The position numbers and the translations under genes were made by a program. From Candidatus Poribacteria bacterium (lineage in GTDB: Bacteria > Poribacteria > WGA-4E > PCPOR2b), in NCBI GenBank assembly GCA_965215015.1, contig OZ244042.1, forward strand, positions 416,001 through 480,000: a stretch of DNA of 64,000 nt. The letters are read 5' to 3'. Numbering within the stretch: the first letter of the stretch is position 1; every line of letters begins with the position of its first letter. Positions 10,598 to 20,932 of the stretch are shown in pieces. The notes below the pieces were generated by a model. That model saw nothing but the letters and a program-made list of their open reading frames with translations. It searched no databases and was not told where the DNA came from.

Positions 10598-10840
10598 AAC
10601 CTAAGTTGCTAGGTTCTGTTGACATTTGAGAAATTGAACCTATCTAATGCGCCTTGAGGCAATTTTGGATTCTGTAGGGGCAAGCCTTACAATTACCCTG
10701 CTATCGGTCAATTTTCCGAAATCGAAAATACCTAGAACATTGCGCTTAGGTATCTTGTGCAGCGAATTTGTCTATCCATTGCGAGTAGTAATTGACCTCT
10801 CTTCCCTGCTTGCAATGTTCTCTATCACTAGCAATTTGCC
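10598..10840. repeat. Composite intergenic repeat (AACCYAAGTTGCTA / CTAGGT family)
   Basis: 10599-10627 matches the reverse complement of 17899-17927 at 28/29; same end motif at 22071-22084 and 27279-27292; 10747-10777 resembles 21978-22008. Confidence 0.65.
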
Positions 10841-10946
10841 TTACAATAATCGAAGTTGCCACGTTTTTAATAAATAATAGATAAAACATAACCTCAACCA
10901 AGGGTTCGCACGAAATTAGGGGCTATCAGAAGTAAGGAGGGATTGT

Positions 10947-12404
10947 ATGACAGACAAGGGAACCGCCTATCTGTTTATTGATGATGAACACATAGAAAGC
11001 CTTGATGGTACTGCAAAAGGCGTCGTTCCGGCGCAAAAAGTGTCCGATCAACCACTGATTGAAAGAGATAAGCCCTGGGAGGATGAGTGGAGCATCGGCA
11101 GCTACATCAATATCATCTACGATGACGAAGAAGGCATTTTCAAGATGTGGTATGGCGTGGGACGAAAATTAAGTGACGCGCGAGGCGAACAGGCGGACGG
11201 ACTCGCCTATGCTGTCTCACAAGACGGCTACCATTGGGAAAAACCCATCCTCAACCTCGTCGAGGACAATGGGAGCAAAGCGAATAACCTCGTCTTTCCA
11301 ATGTTCAGATGGGGGGCAGGGACTGGAGTCATGAAAGACCCCATTGAATTAGACCCCGCCAAGCGATACAAAATGCTTTTTATGTTTCAGAGCGCGGCAA
11401 TGAGATTTGCAGGGATTGTCCAGCCGGTCTGTGTCGCGTATGCGGCCGACGGAATTCATTGGAATGTGCCCCAAAGATGGCTTAACCCGGTCATTCCAGA
11501 GGGATCGGACACACACTTGGCCGCGTATTGGGATCCAAAGCTCCATAAATATGCTGTCTACCTTCGCGGTCGACCGAACGTCCGGATTATCTGTATGTCT
11601 GAGAGCGATGATTTTGAGAGCTGGACACCACGGAAAATCATCGTCCAACCTGACGCACAAGATCCCCCGCAGGACCACGAGTTTTACGGTATGAGCTCGA
11701 TGGCGTATCGCGATTTTCGGGTCGGGTTTCTGTCTGTGTTCCACACACTCAACGAGGGTTGGATTGCCCAGAATCAGATTGAACCGTGGATGCCCGAATG
11801 GATGAACCAGATGGACGTTCAACTCACGTACTCGAAGGACGGTCGGACCTGGCATCGAGCGGGGGCGCGTGAGCGGATTCTGGTCTGCGGGCCCCGCGGC
11901 AGTTTTGACTCCGGCTGTGTTTACCCGCCACATACCCCCTTTGTGCATGGTAAAGAAATCTGGGTCTATTATGGTGGTTCAAATGACTTACACGGTGAGC
12001 CACCTCGCTATGGCGAGCCAACCCACCGAGGGATAAGTCTGGCAAAGATCCAGAAAGACAGGTTGGTCTGTCTAAGAGCGGAGAAAGAAGGGCTTGTAAC
12101 CACAACGCCTCTCAGTATCAAGCCGGGTTCGTTGTGGATAAATGCTGATGCTACAAGAGGCTCATTGCAGGTGGAGTTGGTAGATCCCTTTGACCGGGTA
12201 ATCGCTGGCTTTTCCAAAGAGGACTGCGTGCCTTTTACTGGCAATGAAACGGAGCATCGAGTGAGATGGAAAGGCAATCAAAAGACAGCAGTGGGTACCG
12301 GCGGCCTTGAGGATAAGATGGTTTCCCAGTCAACAGGACTCTTCAAAGTTAAGGTCCACCTCAATAACGCTAAGCTCTTCGCGCTTTATTCGGGTATTGC
12401 CTGA
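10947..12404 (+). CDS. Hypothetical five-bladed beta-propeller glycosidase-like protein (GH32/43/130-like fold)
   Basis: Repeated S/AxDGxxW Asp-box-like motifs (SQDGYHWEKP, AADGIHW, SKDGRTW), FKMWY, IWVYYGG; AAGGAGG RBS. Confidence 0.6.
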   Translation: MTDKGTAYLFIDDEHIESLDGTAKGVVPAQKVSDQPLIERDKPWEDEWSIGSYINIIYDDEEGIFKMWYGVGRKLSDARGEQADGLAYAVSQDGYHWEKPILNLVEDNGSKANNLVFPMFRWGAGTGVMKDPIELDPAKRYKMLFMFQSAAMRFAGIVQPVCVAYAADGIHWNVPQRWLNPVIPEGSDTHLAAYWDPKLHKYAVYLRGRPNVRIICMSESDDFESWTPRKIIVQPDAQDPPQDHEFYGMSSMAYRDFRVGFLSVFHTLNEGWIAQNQIEPWMPEWMNQMDVQLTYSKDGRTWHRAGARERILVCGPRGSFDSGCVYPPHTPFVHGKEIWVYYGGSNDLHGEPPRYGEPTHRGISLAKIQKDRLVCLRAEKEGLVTTTPLSIKPGSLWINADATRGSLQVELVDPFDRVIAGFSKEDCVPFTGNETEHRVRWKGNQKTAVGTGGLEDKMVSQSTGLFKVKVHLNNAKLFALYSGIA

Positions 12405-12418
12405 ATTGTTCCTATAGG

Positions 12419-12526
12419 TCAGTCAGTGATAGCGAGGATCTCTGCTTCGGGAATCTCCGCGTAGCTCCGGCCGTGACTGCGTCCATGCGCCCCATCGCCA
12501 ATTATACAGATCTTGAGTCGGTTCAT
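12419..12526 (-). pseudogene. Truncated Gfo/Idh/MocA oxidoreductase N-terminus (35 codons)
   Basis: Manual translation MNRLKICIIGDGAHGRSHGRSYAEIPEAEILAITD*, a Rossmann GxGxxG start with an RBS, then an immediate stop. Confidence 0.65.
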
Positions 12527-12589
12527 ATCCTACCTTCCAAAAACGAGCTTCGGCAATAGGCAGCTTAAGTCTATCAACGCGCAGACGGG

Positions 12590-13426
12590 TCAGAGGGTCC
12601 GACGGAGTTTCTCAGCGTCACTGAACAGAATCTCACGAACAGCATTAGTCGCCCTCTCGTGAAACTGAATTGCAGCAGGGTCTAAGTCCTTGGCTGGACG
12701 CGGGGCTTCCTTAAAGTGACCGAACCGATCTGTGCCACGAACCAATGCTGCACTGTCCCATTCGCCGATGGTCTGCTTGGTGCGAGTGGGCATGTAGTGC
12801 ATCGAAAGACCAATACGCCGATCCGCTGACCGGTTGGGACCCGACGCGTGCGCCAACCGTACATTATGAAGCGAAATTTCACCCGGCTGTAGCGGCATTG
12901 CCACAGCCTTGGCTTCATCAACCTCCACTGAAATTTCCTGTCCACGGGTCAAGAGGTTGTGCTGCTTATACTCATCCTTGTGAGGCAGGAGATCGCCCTT
13001 ATGACTGCCCGGTAGAACCCGCATACAACCGGTTTCAAATGTCGCCGGTGAGAGTGCCAACCATACACTGACTAAGTTATCGGTATCAAGTCCCCAGTAA
13101 CGCAGATCCTGATGCCACGAAACGAAACTCTTGCTGAGCGGCTCCTTGATCCAGAAAAACGTGTTCCAGCAGAGAATATCGGGACCGATTAGATCCTCAA
13201 CAGCATCAAGAATCTTCGTATAGCGCATGAGATCATCAACCCATGTAAAGAGCAAATGAGACTTGCTCCGCTGTGCTCCCGCAATAGGGCTGCCTTGATT
13301 GGCTTCAAATTGCTCAAGGCGGGCTCGATTGGCTGCTACCTGCTCGTCGTCTAGTACCCTGACCGGAAAATAATATCCATCCCGGTTATATTGTGCGATG
13401 GCATTTTCATTCAGAAGTTTCGACAT
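12590..13426 (-). CDS. PhyH-family dioxygenase
   Basis: WHQD, WLALS, GCMRVLPGSH, AHASGPN, RRIG; start at ATG 13426 after GAGGAGG. Confidence 0.9.
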   Translation of the reverse strand: MSKLLNENAIAQYNRDGYYFPVRVLDDEQVAANRARLEQFEANQGSPIAGAQRSKSHLLFTWVDDLMRYTKILDAVEDLIGPDILCWNTFFWIKEPLSKSFVSWHQDLRYWGLDTDNLVSVWLALSPATFETGCMRVLPGSHKGDLLPHKDEYKQHNLLTRGQEISVEVDEAKAVAMPLQPGEISLHNVRLAHASGPNRSADRRIGLSMHYMPTRTKQTIGEWDSAALVRGTDRFGHFKEAPRPAKDLDPAAIQFHERATNAVREILFSDAEKLRRTL

Positions 13427-13550
13427 TTGAACCTCCTCTAGAGTCACTGGCTGTTTCGACTCTTAATCTAATCAACTAGAGTCCACAGTGCAGCGCGGTT
13501 AGAGTATTTCGCCTTTGTCTGTAATGCCCCAAACCTTCTCAACTGCTGCT

Positions 13551-14654
13551 TTATGAATCCTTGCCTGCGTGCACAGGGCCGATGAAAAATTCCTCAGGCA
13601 GAAAACTCGTTGTCTCAGTGGCGTGCCTGTATTCAAAGCCCTCCGTTGTAACGACCCCCATCGCAGTAAAGTACTTGGACTCACCACTCGTTCCGCTCTT
13701 GTTTCCCCCGCTGTGCCCCCGTAACCAATCGGGATCGATGACCTGTTCACCCTTCCAGATGCCACCCGTTGCGTTCAGATGACCAAACCGAGCGAGGTCC
13801 GACGCACTGATGACAACCCATCCGGGACCGCTGCGAATAGGAATTCCACGAATCTCATAGGGAGGGTCAAGATAGGTATACGAATTTGGAATCGCGGGAT
13901 ACAAATATTTTTGGTCTTTGACATCGCTGCCGGTGAGCCAGTTCCATCGCTCTGCCGGAATACCTATCAGGTCAAAGAGACGTTCCTGAAGGATATTCTT
14001 GAGGTCATCGCCCCACACGTAGGTAAGGGCTTGGCTCAAACGCCAGAACCCAGCACTGCTATAGAGACCAACTGTGCCCGGCTCGACGTGGGAGTAGAGG
14101 TCATAGAAAGGATCACCGCTCCATTTAGACCATTCAGGAACGCCCGGTATAACATTCGCCGCTTCAAGCCCGGTAACCTTTTCTCTCCAACGAATCCCCA
14201 GCTCTATCGGGAATCCGCCGTAGTGAAGGGACTCATGCTTTGATCCGACTAGATGCCTCCAAGTTAGTTTCTTGTGATGCCCCTCGGTCAAATATTTGTG
14301 AGGGTGGGAAAGTTCACCCTCGCCGGTCCAGTATTGGTTGATTGGTTCGTCCGGATCAATTCGTCCGTCGGCAACTGCGAAACCGAAAATCGCCCACATA
14401 AAAGCCTTTCCGACAGAGGCGGTTTGATGTCGATAATACCGATCTCCCCAAGCGTGGACCAAGTAGCCACCACGGGTAATCACAGCACCGTATTTATTGC
14501 CGGAGTGATCCTCTCCGCCGAAAGACGCCCCCTTGCACTTAATACCTGCTATGAAGGCTCCAAATTTTTCAGGATCGAGCCCCGCTTCCTCTGCCGTGAT
14601 TTGAACCCAGTCATCTTCAGGAAACGTTACCCAATCGGGAAGTTCTATAGTCAT
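13551..14654 (-). CDS. Serine hydrolase, beta-lactamase/class-C-like fold
   Basis: SxxK (ASVGK), YSS, SASDLARFGHL, GHSGG motifs. Confidence 0.75.
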   Translation of the reverse strand: MTIELPDWVTFPEDDWVQITAEEAGLDPEKFGAFIAGIKCKGASFGGEDHSGNKYGAVITRGGYLVHAWGDRYYRHQTASVGKAFMWAIFGFAVADGRIDPDEPINQYWTGEGELSHPHKYLTEGHHKKLTWRHLVGSKHESLHYGGFPIELGIRWREKVTGLEAANVIPGVPEWSKWSGDPFYDLYSHVEPGTVGLYSSAGFWRLSQALTYVWGDDLKNILQERLFDLIGIPAERWNWLTGSDVKDQKYLYPAIPNSYTYLDPPYEIRGIPIRSGPGWVVISASDLARFGHLNATGGIWKGEQVIDPDWLRGHSGGNKSGTSGESKYFTAMGVVTTEGFEYRHATETTSFLPEEFFIGPVHAGKDS

Positions 14655-14719
14655 CCAATGCCTCCTTTCTCAATTCACGCCTCACCTTTCACTCATTGGC
14701 ACCATCATTTAGTTATTTC

Positions 14720-14748
14720 TTGACACCCATTTCGTCTTAGTATATCCT
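14720..14748 (+). promoter_or_regulatory. Putative sigma-70 promoter
   Basis: TTGACA-17 nt-TATCCT upstream of the dehydrogenase at 14834. Confidence 0.45.
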
Positions 14749-14833
14749 TTTGGTATTCACAACTCAATCGAAAAAGGAGAAAAGCGGCTGAGTCCTGAAA
14801 TCTGAACTTTGAGGCTTCCGCCGCGCAATTTCC

Positions 14834-15784
14834 ATGAAATTACTTATCGCTATGCCATGGTCCCAACAGCAAATCGAAGGTGCACAGAGAACCTTTCCCC
14901 AAGTACAGTTCACCACTGCCGCTGACCAAGATGACATTCTGCGCGAAATTGTTGATGCTGAGATTATTTTTGGCGGAATCAGTCGGGAAGCATTTCTGGC
15001 AGCCAAACAGTTGAAATGGATCCAGAACCCGGGGGCTGGGGTGGAAAGGTTAGCACGAATTCCTGAAATAGCAGAGAGCGATGTCACTGTTACTAACACC
15101 CGTGGTGCTCACGCTGCCACTATCGCTGAGCACACTTTCGGGTTGTTGATTAGCCTCACGCGCCAATTACCACGCCTTTTGCAGGCACAACGTGAACATG
15201 ACTGGCTGCGTCAATTCGATGGGCCTCAAGTCGGATTGACGGGCTTGACGCTAGGGGTGGTCGGCATGGGCAACATCGGTCGTGCCATTGCCAAGCGCGG
15301 GCACGCCTTTGATATGAACGTCATTGGGGTTGACGTCAACGAAGTGCCCAAGCCCGATTTTGTGGCTGAACTGAGGTTGTTGGAGGGCCTGGATGACCTC
15401 ATGCGGCGTTCAGATGTCGTGGCAGTTGCAGCACCTATCACACCGGAAACCGCAGGGATGCTCGGTCCTGAACAGCTTAGGCTCTTAAAACCGACAGCCT
15501 ACCTCTTGGTTGTGTCGCGGGGTGGTATTATAGACGAAGATACACTCATACAGATGTTGAACGACGGGCAACTTGCCGGTGCTGGACTGGATGTGATGGC
15601 TACAGAGCCGCTCCCCCAAGATAGTCCGCTCTGGGATACGCCGAACCTGTTGCTGACTCCACACTGCTCCGGACGTTCCTCCTATACCTCTGCCGCGGGC
15701 AGAGCCATTTTTTATGAAAATTTACGGCGATACCTTGCCAAAGAACCTCTCACAAATCTGGTAGACATGGAACGGGGATACTAA
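14834..15784 (+). CDS. D-2-hydroxyacid dehydrogenase
   Basis: GVVGMGNIG, VSRGGIIDE, AGLDVMATEPLP, TPHCSG. Confidence 0.92.
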   Translation: MKLLIAMPWSQQQIEGAQRTFPQVQFTTAADQDDILREIVDAEIIFGGISREAFLAAKQLKWIQNPGAGVERLARIPEIAESDVTVTNTRGAHAATIAEHTFGLLISLTRQLPRLLQAQREHDWLRQFDGPQVGLTGLTLGVVGMGNIGRAIAKRGHAFDMNVIGVDVNEVPKPDFVAELRLLEGLDDLMRRSDVVAVAAPITPETAGMLGPEQLRLLKPTAYLLVVSRGGIIDEDTLIQMLNDGQLAGAGLDVMATEPLPQDSPLWDTPNLLLTPHCSGRSSYTSAAGRAIFYENLRRYLAKEPLTNLVDMERGY

Positions 15785-15794
15785 TCCGACTTTG

Positions 15795-16646
15795 TTACAT
15801 TAAAGCCGCACCGGGAAATGTGCCCCAAGGAACAGGTTCTGCCGCGCCTTCATAGGTTGGCAGGAATGGCGCCGTGATGTGTCGCGTCTGTTCAACCCAG
15901 TCAGCCCAGTCAGATCTGCCGGTGATATGGTCGAGGATTAACGCCTTGACTTCGTCCGGCAGATCATCATAGGCGGGCCAATACCAGATCGTGAGCACTG
16001 TCCGGTGCTGGTCGGTTTGGTTGGCATGGGCGGAGTGCAACAGACGCGAATCGCCGACGACGACATCGCCAGCGTAAACCGGCACATTAACCTCACCCTT
16101 AACCGGCTGGAAGGCGAGATGCTCCATGTCGGTTGCGCGGGTTACACTGTCGTTGTCCCTCGGTCGTATATCGTGCAGCGTGTGGCGTTTTAAGTGAGAA
16201 CCGGGGATCAACCGCAAACAGCCGTTTTGTATATTCGTGTCAACTAGGTAGTACATCAGGAAATACTGCTGTGGTTGATTGGTATAGCTGATGGGATGCT
16301 CCCACAACACGCCATCTTGATGCCAGTATAACGGTGGACTATGCGGCGGCTTGCTGATCACAAAGCCGCTCCAAAATTTAGGGGAATCAAATCCCAATTT
16401 GGCGAAAACAGCCATCGCGCTGGGATCAACGAGGAGTTTGGTAAAGGTTGGATGGGGGCAAGTCCAGTAGGGGATGATGCACCCCTGTGAACGATGCTGC
16501 TCAAAGTGATCCTCATCCTGTTGTGCGATTATCCAGTCACTCATGGCATTTAGCTTTGCTACCATCTTCAGTGTCAGCACATTTTCAAAGATACAGAAGC
16601 CATCGCGTATGAGTTGATTTCGTTTCTCCTTAGCAACAATTGGCAT
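15795..16646 (-). CDS. PhyH-family dioxygenase
   Basis: WHQD, NGCLRLIPGSH, LLHSAHAN; start ATG 16646 after AAGGAGAGG. Confidence 0.9.
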   Translation of the reverse strand: MPIVAKEKRNQLIRDGFCIFENVLTLKMVAKLNAMSDWIIAQQDEDHFEQHRSQGCIIPYWTCPHPTFTKLLVDPSAMAVFAKLGFDSPKFWSGFVISKPPHSPPLYWHQDGVLWEHPISYTNQPQQYFLMYYLVDTNIQNGCLRLIPGSHLKRHTLHDIRPRDNDSVTRATDMEHLAFQPVKGEVNVPVYAGDVVVGDSRLLHSAHANQTDQHRTVLTIWYWPAYDDLPDEVKALILDHITGRSDWADWVEQTRHITAPFLPTYEGAAEPVPWGTFPGAALM

Positions 16647-16688
16647 GGCTGCCTCTCCTTTCGTGTTAGTGGATTCCACCCGAATCTA

Positions 16689-17429
16689 CTAGGGTTTCAC
16701 AACAGCTTTCCTAGCAGTTGCCTCGTTCGTATGGTAGTTCCAGCCGCGCAACACCAAATTCTCACTAAACTGATAGATATCCTCCTTCCGATCCTTGCCG
16801 GAAAACATCCTCGCAATCACCACCTTCCTTAGCTTCTCAGAGCGGTTGGACATCGAGCCATGTACGATAAAGTAATCGAAGAAGGTAACATCACCGGGCT
16901 CCGCTTCAATAGGTGTCGCGCCTTCAAATGGAAACTTTTCGTGAAATTCAGGGTCAACCGCCTTTGAACTCTCCATTCGCCCCCGTTTGTGCGATCCAGG
17001 ATAGACCCTTAGACAACCTATTTTTTTTGTCGCCTCGCTGACGTGAATCATTCCGGCAATCATGGTGTTTTTTTCGGTCGGTAAGTAACTCCAGTCCTGG
17101 TGCATCTTGAAGGGGGTGTCTCCAGTTGTCTTTCGCTTCTCAAAGAGTGTCGAATGGTTGAGGACGATATCAGGACCAATGAACTGTTCGACAATGTCAA
17201 GAAACCCCTTGTGAAGCAGGGCCGCCAGCCACAGACCTGAATATTGCTGTACATTACGCGTGGAGATGAGGCCGTTATAGTTTGAATCGTCTTCATTAGG
17301 TTTTTCGAGTTGTTGCACAATTCGATCAAACTCATTTTCAAGTGCACTTATCTCATCGGTTGAGAAGACACCTTTTGCCAAATAGTAACCGTTCTCATCG
17401 AAAAATGCTTGGATTTTGCTCATGGTCAA
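16689..17429 (-). CDS. PhyH-family dioxygenase
   Basis: MHQDW, GCLRVYPGSH, VHGSMSN, LRK. Confidence 0.9.
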   Translation of the reverse strand: MTMSKIQAFFDENGYYLAKGVFSTDEISALENEFDRIVQQLEKPNEDDSNYNGLISTRNVQQYSGLWLAALLHKGFLDIVEQFIGPDIVLNHSTLFEKRKTTGDTPFKMHQDWSYLPTEKNTMIAGMIHVSEATKKIGCLRVYPGSHKRGRMESSKAVDPEFHEKFPFEGATPIEAEPGDVTFFDYFIVHGSMSNRSEKLRKVVIARMFSGKDRKEDIYQFSENLVLRGWNYHTNEATARKAVVKP

Positions 17430-17622
17430 AATCTCCTCGTGGACAAAATCTGAGTGCCTAAATGCTTTCCAAGTGAATAGACCTTGCGTCTGCCTTGGAA
17501 GAGTGATAACATATCTCTGCTGAGGGCGGACAGCTGGGACCAGATAGAATGCGCCTGAGTCGAAGACGCAGCACTGACGTGTGATGACACGGTTAGTTAC
17601 AAATTCTCTGGTTCAAGACGCA

Positions 17623-17651
17623 ATTATACATAGGGTAGGGCACACGGTCAA
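17623..17651 (-). promoter_or_regulatory. Near-consensus sigma-70 promoter for the tandem phyH genes
   Basis: Minus strand TTGACC-17 nt-TATAAT. Confidence 0.6.
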
Positions 17652-17715
17652 GCGAAAACGAAAAAGCGATTCGGGCATCAACCGGGCAAAACAGGCTTAT
17701 CTCCACCCATCCCAA

Positions 17716-17746
17716 ATGGCTTGGATATGTCTATCCAAGCCGAGCG
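17716..17746. repeat. 31-bp palindromic repeat, copy 1
   Basis: atGGCTTGGATAtgtcTATCCAAGCCgagcg; exact reverse-complement copy at 21920-21950. Confidence 0.85.
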
Positions 17747-17954
17747 TGATTAATAAATAGAACACAAACCAAAACAGCAAAAAGAACATTCACAATTCCC
17801 CAATTTCCAATTGGTACGGTGTGTTGACATAGGTCGAGTTTCCATACCTCGCTCCTACGATTAGGTATTTATTGACGAATTGTGGACACATCTCACATAA
17901 ATGTCAACAGAACCTAGCAACTTGGGTGAAGTGAAATCCCTGAAAGGAAAACTA

Positions 17955-18935
17955 ATGAAAGGAATTATTAGAACTGGCGACGGGGGCCCGGAGGTCTTGA
18001 AATTAGCGGAAGTTCCTATCCCCACCCCTGGGCCCACACAGTTATTGATTGACGTAAAGGCAACCGCACTCAATCGAGCAGACACTATACAGCGGCAAGG
18101 GGGATACCCACCTCCACCCGGTGAATCAGAACTCCTCGGCCTAGAGCTTGCCGGGGTTGTTGCGTCGTGGGGGGAGGAAGTGGAAGGTTTCGGTCGAGGC
18201 GATCGTATATTCGGTCTGGTCGGTGGCGGTGCTTACGCGGAGCAGGCGGTCATCGACTATCGTATGGCGATGCCAATTCCTGATGATTGGAGTTTTGAGA
18301 AAGCGGCGGCGGTTACGGAGGTCTTTTTTACTGCCAATGAAACGCTTTTTACCATCGGCGGCTTGTGTGCCGGGGAATCAGTGCTCATTCACGCCGGCGG
18401 CAGTGGTGTGGGAACAGCGGGAACGCAGATGGCCCATCAGGCGGGTGCTCGCGTCTTTATTACAGCTGGATCGGCAGAGAAAATCGAGAGAAGCAAGCAG
18501 CTCGGTTGTACCGAGGGAATCAATTATAAGGAACAGGACTTCGCGGCGGAGATTATGCGCCTGACAGATGGGGAAGGCCTGGAGTTGGTTCAGGACTTTA
18601 TTGGTGCGCCATACCTGGAACGCAATCTCTCGATTCTCAAGACGCGAGGCCGCTTGGTTATGGTTGGACTGATGGGCGGTGCCGCTGCAGAACTTAATAT
18701 GGGTCAAATCATGCGGAAACGGTTACAGGTCTTCGGATCGGTGATGCGTCCACAGTTGATTGAAGAAAAGATTGGTATTACACAGCGTTTTGTCGATCGA
18801 TGGCTGCCTCTACTTAAAGAAGGAAAGATTCAACCAATTATTGATTGTGTAATGCCCCTATCACAAGCCTGCGAAGCACACGAATATATGGAGGCGAATC
18901 GGAACTTTGGAAAGATTATTCTGAAGGTAGGGTAA
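17955..18935 (+). CDS. NAD(P)H-quinone oxidoreductase, PIG3/zeta-crystallin family
   Basis: LNRADTIQRQGGYPPPPG, GLELAG, VLIHAGGSGVG, NFGKIIL; ATG 17955 after AAGGA. Confidence 0.92.
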   Translation: MKGIIRTGDGGPEVLKLAEVPIPTPGPTQLLIDVKATALNRADTIQRQGGYPPPPGESELLGLELAGVVASWGEEVEGFGRGDRIFGLVGGGAYAEQAVIDYRMAMPIPDDWSFEKAAAVTEVFFTANETLFTIGGLCAGESVLIHAGGSGVGTAGTQMAHQAGARVFITAGSAEKIERSKQLGCTEGINYKEQDFAAEIMRLTDGEGLELVQDFIGAPYLERNLSILKTRGRLVMVGLMGGAAAELNMGQIMRKRLQVFGSVMRPQLIEEKIGITQRFVDRWLPLLKEGKIQPIIDCVMPLSQACEAHEYMEANRNFGKIILKVG

Positions 18936-19007
18936 TACGACAGCTTATAGAATTGCAACTTTTGGCTTCTCTCTGTGTAGTTAGCCAGCTGTGCCAATTT
19001 TCATCAA

Positions 19008-19035
19008 GTAGGGAACAACAATTTCTGTTCCCTAC
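19008..19035. repeat. GTAG-type REP-like hairpin between convergent genes
   Basis: GTAGGGAACA-acaatttc-TGTTCCCTAC perfect 10-bp stem; same-length relative at 59419-59446. Confidence 0.7.
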
Positions 19036-19062
19036 TAAGGACCTTACGAACCAAGCAAATTC

Positions 19063-20097
19063 CTATTCAGGGCGCAGCATCAACTTCAATCCCTCCCGTT
19101 TTTCAAAGAGATTAAACGCCTCCTGCCATTCAGAAATGGGCATCTCGTGGGTAATCAACGCCTTTGTGGAGACCATGCCGTGCTCTATCAGTTTGAGTGC
19201 ACGCTCCCATGCAGTTTTCTTCTGCGAGATGAAGCCAGTCACCTGAAGTTCCTTAAAGGCAATCTGTTCAAAATCAATGTTGATTAGATTGCCGAACAAG
19301 CCCATCTGCGTATACTTCCCACGCTTGCGAGCGAGTTCAATGCCTAGCTGTGCTGCCTGCCCTGCTCCTGAGCATTCCAAGACAACGTCGGCACCGTAGC
19401 CGTCGGTATGTGCCTTGATGGTTTCCAACGCATCTTCCTTTTCAACGTCGATCGTTAGGTCTGCACCGAGCTCAGCCGCACGTTCGAGCCGATTTGCGTC
19501 AACGGATGTGCCGCACACAGCGACAATGCCTCCTTCTGCCTTTGCTAGTTGCAAACTGAGCAGTCCAATTGTTCCTGGTCCGGTGATTGCGACAAAGTCC
19601 CCGGCAGAAACCTTTGTCTGCTCGATCACACCGTGAACACAGCAGGCGACCGGCTCCGTCAATGATCCCGAGGTCAAGTCTACGTTTTCGGGAAGTTTGT
19701 GTAAGCCGTGTTCAGGAGTGGTGCAATATCTTGCGAACGCACCGTTATGCCAATAACCGATAATTTCCCGCTGGTTGCACAGGTTATAAAATCCTGAGCG
19801 GCAATAGTCGCACCGTCCACAGATCGAAAAAGTGGGTTCAACGGTCACCCGATCTCCGACCTTGACCCGGCGAATTGCCGAACCACACTCGATAATCGTA
19901 CCGCTGAATTCGTGACCGATGACAACCGGCGGACGCATCGGGAGGTTGATATGATCGTGATGGATGTGCAGATCCGACCCACAAATTCCCGCGCTGTGCA
20001 CCTCAATGAGAACTTCGTCGGCGTTAGGCTCCCGAACATCAACATCACGGAGCTCGGTGAACCCGTCACCACGCTGATATTTGACGACGCCTTTCAT
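19063..20097 (-). CDS. Zinc-dependent alcohol/polyol dehydrogenase (MDR)
   Basis: GICGSDLH, GHEFSG, CGRCDYCRSGFYNLC structural Zn site, GPGTIG. Confidence 0.93.
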   Translation of the reverse strand: MKGVVKYQRGDGFTELRDVDVREPNADEVLIEVHSAGICGSDLHIHHDHINLPMRPPVVIGHEFSGTIIECGSAIRRVKVGDRVTVEPTFSICGRCDYCRSGFYNLCNQREIIGYWHNGAFARYCTTPEHGLHKLPENVDLTSGSLTEPVACCVHGVIEQTKVSAGDFVAITGPGTIGLLSLQLAKAEGGIVAVCGTSVDANRLERAAELGADLTIDVEKEDALETIKAHTDGYGADVVLECSGAGQAAQLGIELARKRGKYTQMGLFGNLINIDFEQIAFKELQVTGFISQKKTAWERALKLIEHGMVSTKALITHEMPISEWQEAFNLFEKREGLKLMLRPE

Positions 20098-20111
20098 TAG
20101 AAAAACTCCTT

Positions 20112-20915
20112 TTATGTCTTCCTATAGATCACCGGACAATGTGTAGGCGTATCGATGAATGCCGTTAATCCTTGTCGGAGGTTGCCAACCGGTCTGGACT
20201 TTTCCGTGCACAAATGGACCGCGAAACTCCGTCGTGGTTCCCCCGAGAGGTTGGGACCGCTGCTATGATAAGTAAGATTGTCATGGAAACTGATACCACC
20301 GGGGTGAAGAATGGCGGGGACCTCCTCCCAGTCGTCACCGTCAGGCACCTCAATTTCCTCGCGCTGTGCTTCGTGGTCTTGTCCATAAAAGTCACTGTGG
20401 TCGAGCAATCCCCACTTGTGCGAACCGCGAACAAATTTCATGGGACCGGCTGCCGGGGTGACATCGCTGAGCGCAACCCATGCCGTTAAGAGCTCACTAC
20501 CTTCCTCCCACGCCTGCCAATAGTGACGGTCTTGATGCCAGCCAATGTTCGTGGGCACAATCCCGTCTGGGTCCGTAGGGGGCTTGTAGAGGAGTTGTAC
20601 CCACCACACCTGTACCATCTGAGCACCTGTAATCTCCGCTGCCAGTTTTCCAATTGACGGGTGACTGACCAACTCCATGATCGCACGGTTCGCAATCTGA
20701 GACATCTCTATCTTGCATAACTTCTTTGGATCGTCTCCGGGGCTCCAAGCCGACGGACGCGGGGGTGTGCCCGTTTCGTATTCTCCCGCTCGGACTGCAT
20801 CCATGCCTTCAATGGCACGTTGAATCATCGCTTTATCAATAATCGACTCCGGGAAAAGATAGAACCCATCTACCTCATATTTCGTGCGTGCCTGAGAGGA
20901 TTGTGGCGTTTGCAT
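20112..20915 (-). CDS. PhyH-family dioxygenase
   Basis: WHQDRHYW, WVALSD, GPMKFVRGSH, YHSSGPN, RRSF. Confidence 0.9.
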   Translation of the reverse strand: MQTPQSSQARTKYEVDGFYLFPESIIDKAMIQRAIEGMDAVRAGEYETGTPPRPSAWSPGDDPKKLCKIEMSQIANRAIMELVSHPSIGKLAAEITGAQMVQVWWVQLLYKPPTDPDGIVPTNIGWHQDRHYWQAWEEGSELLTAWVALSDVTPAAGPMKFVRGSHKWGLLDHSDFYGQDHEAQREEIEVPDGDDWEEVPAILHPGGISFHDNLTYHSSGPNLSGEPRRSFAVHLCTEKSRPVGNLRQGLTAFIDTPTHCPVIYRKT

Positions 20916-20932
20916 CAACATCTCCTTCTAAC

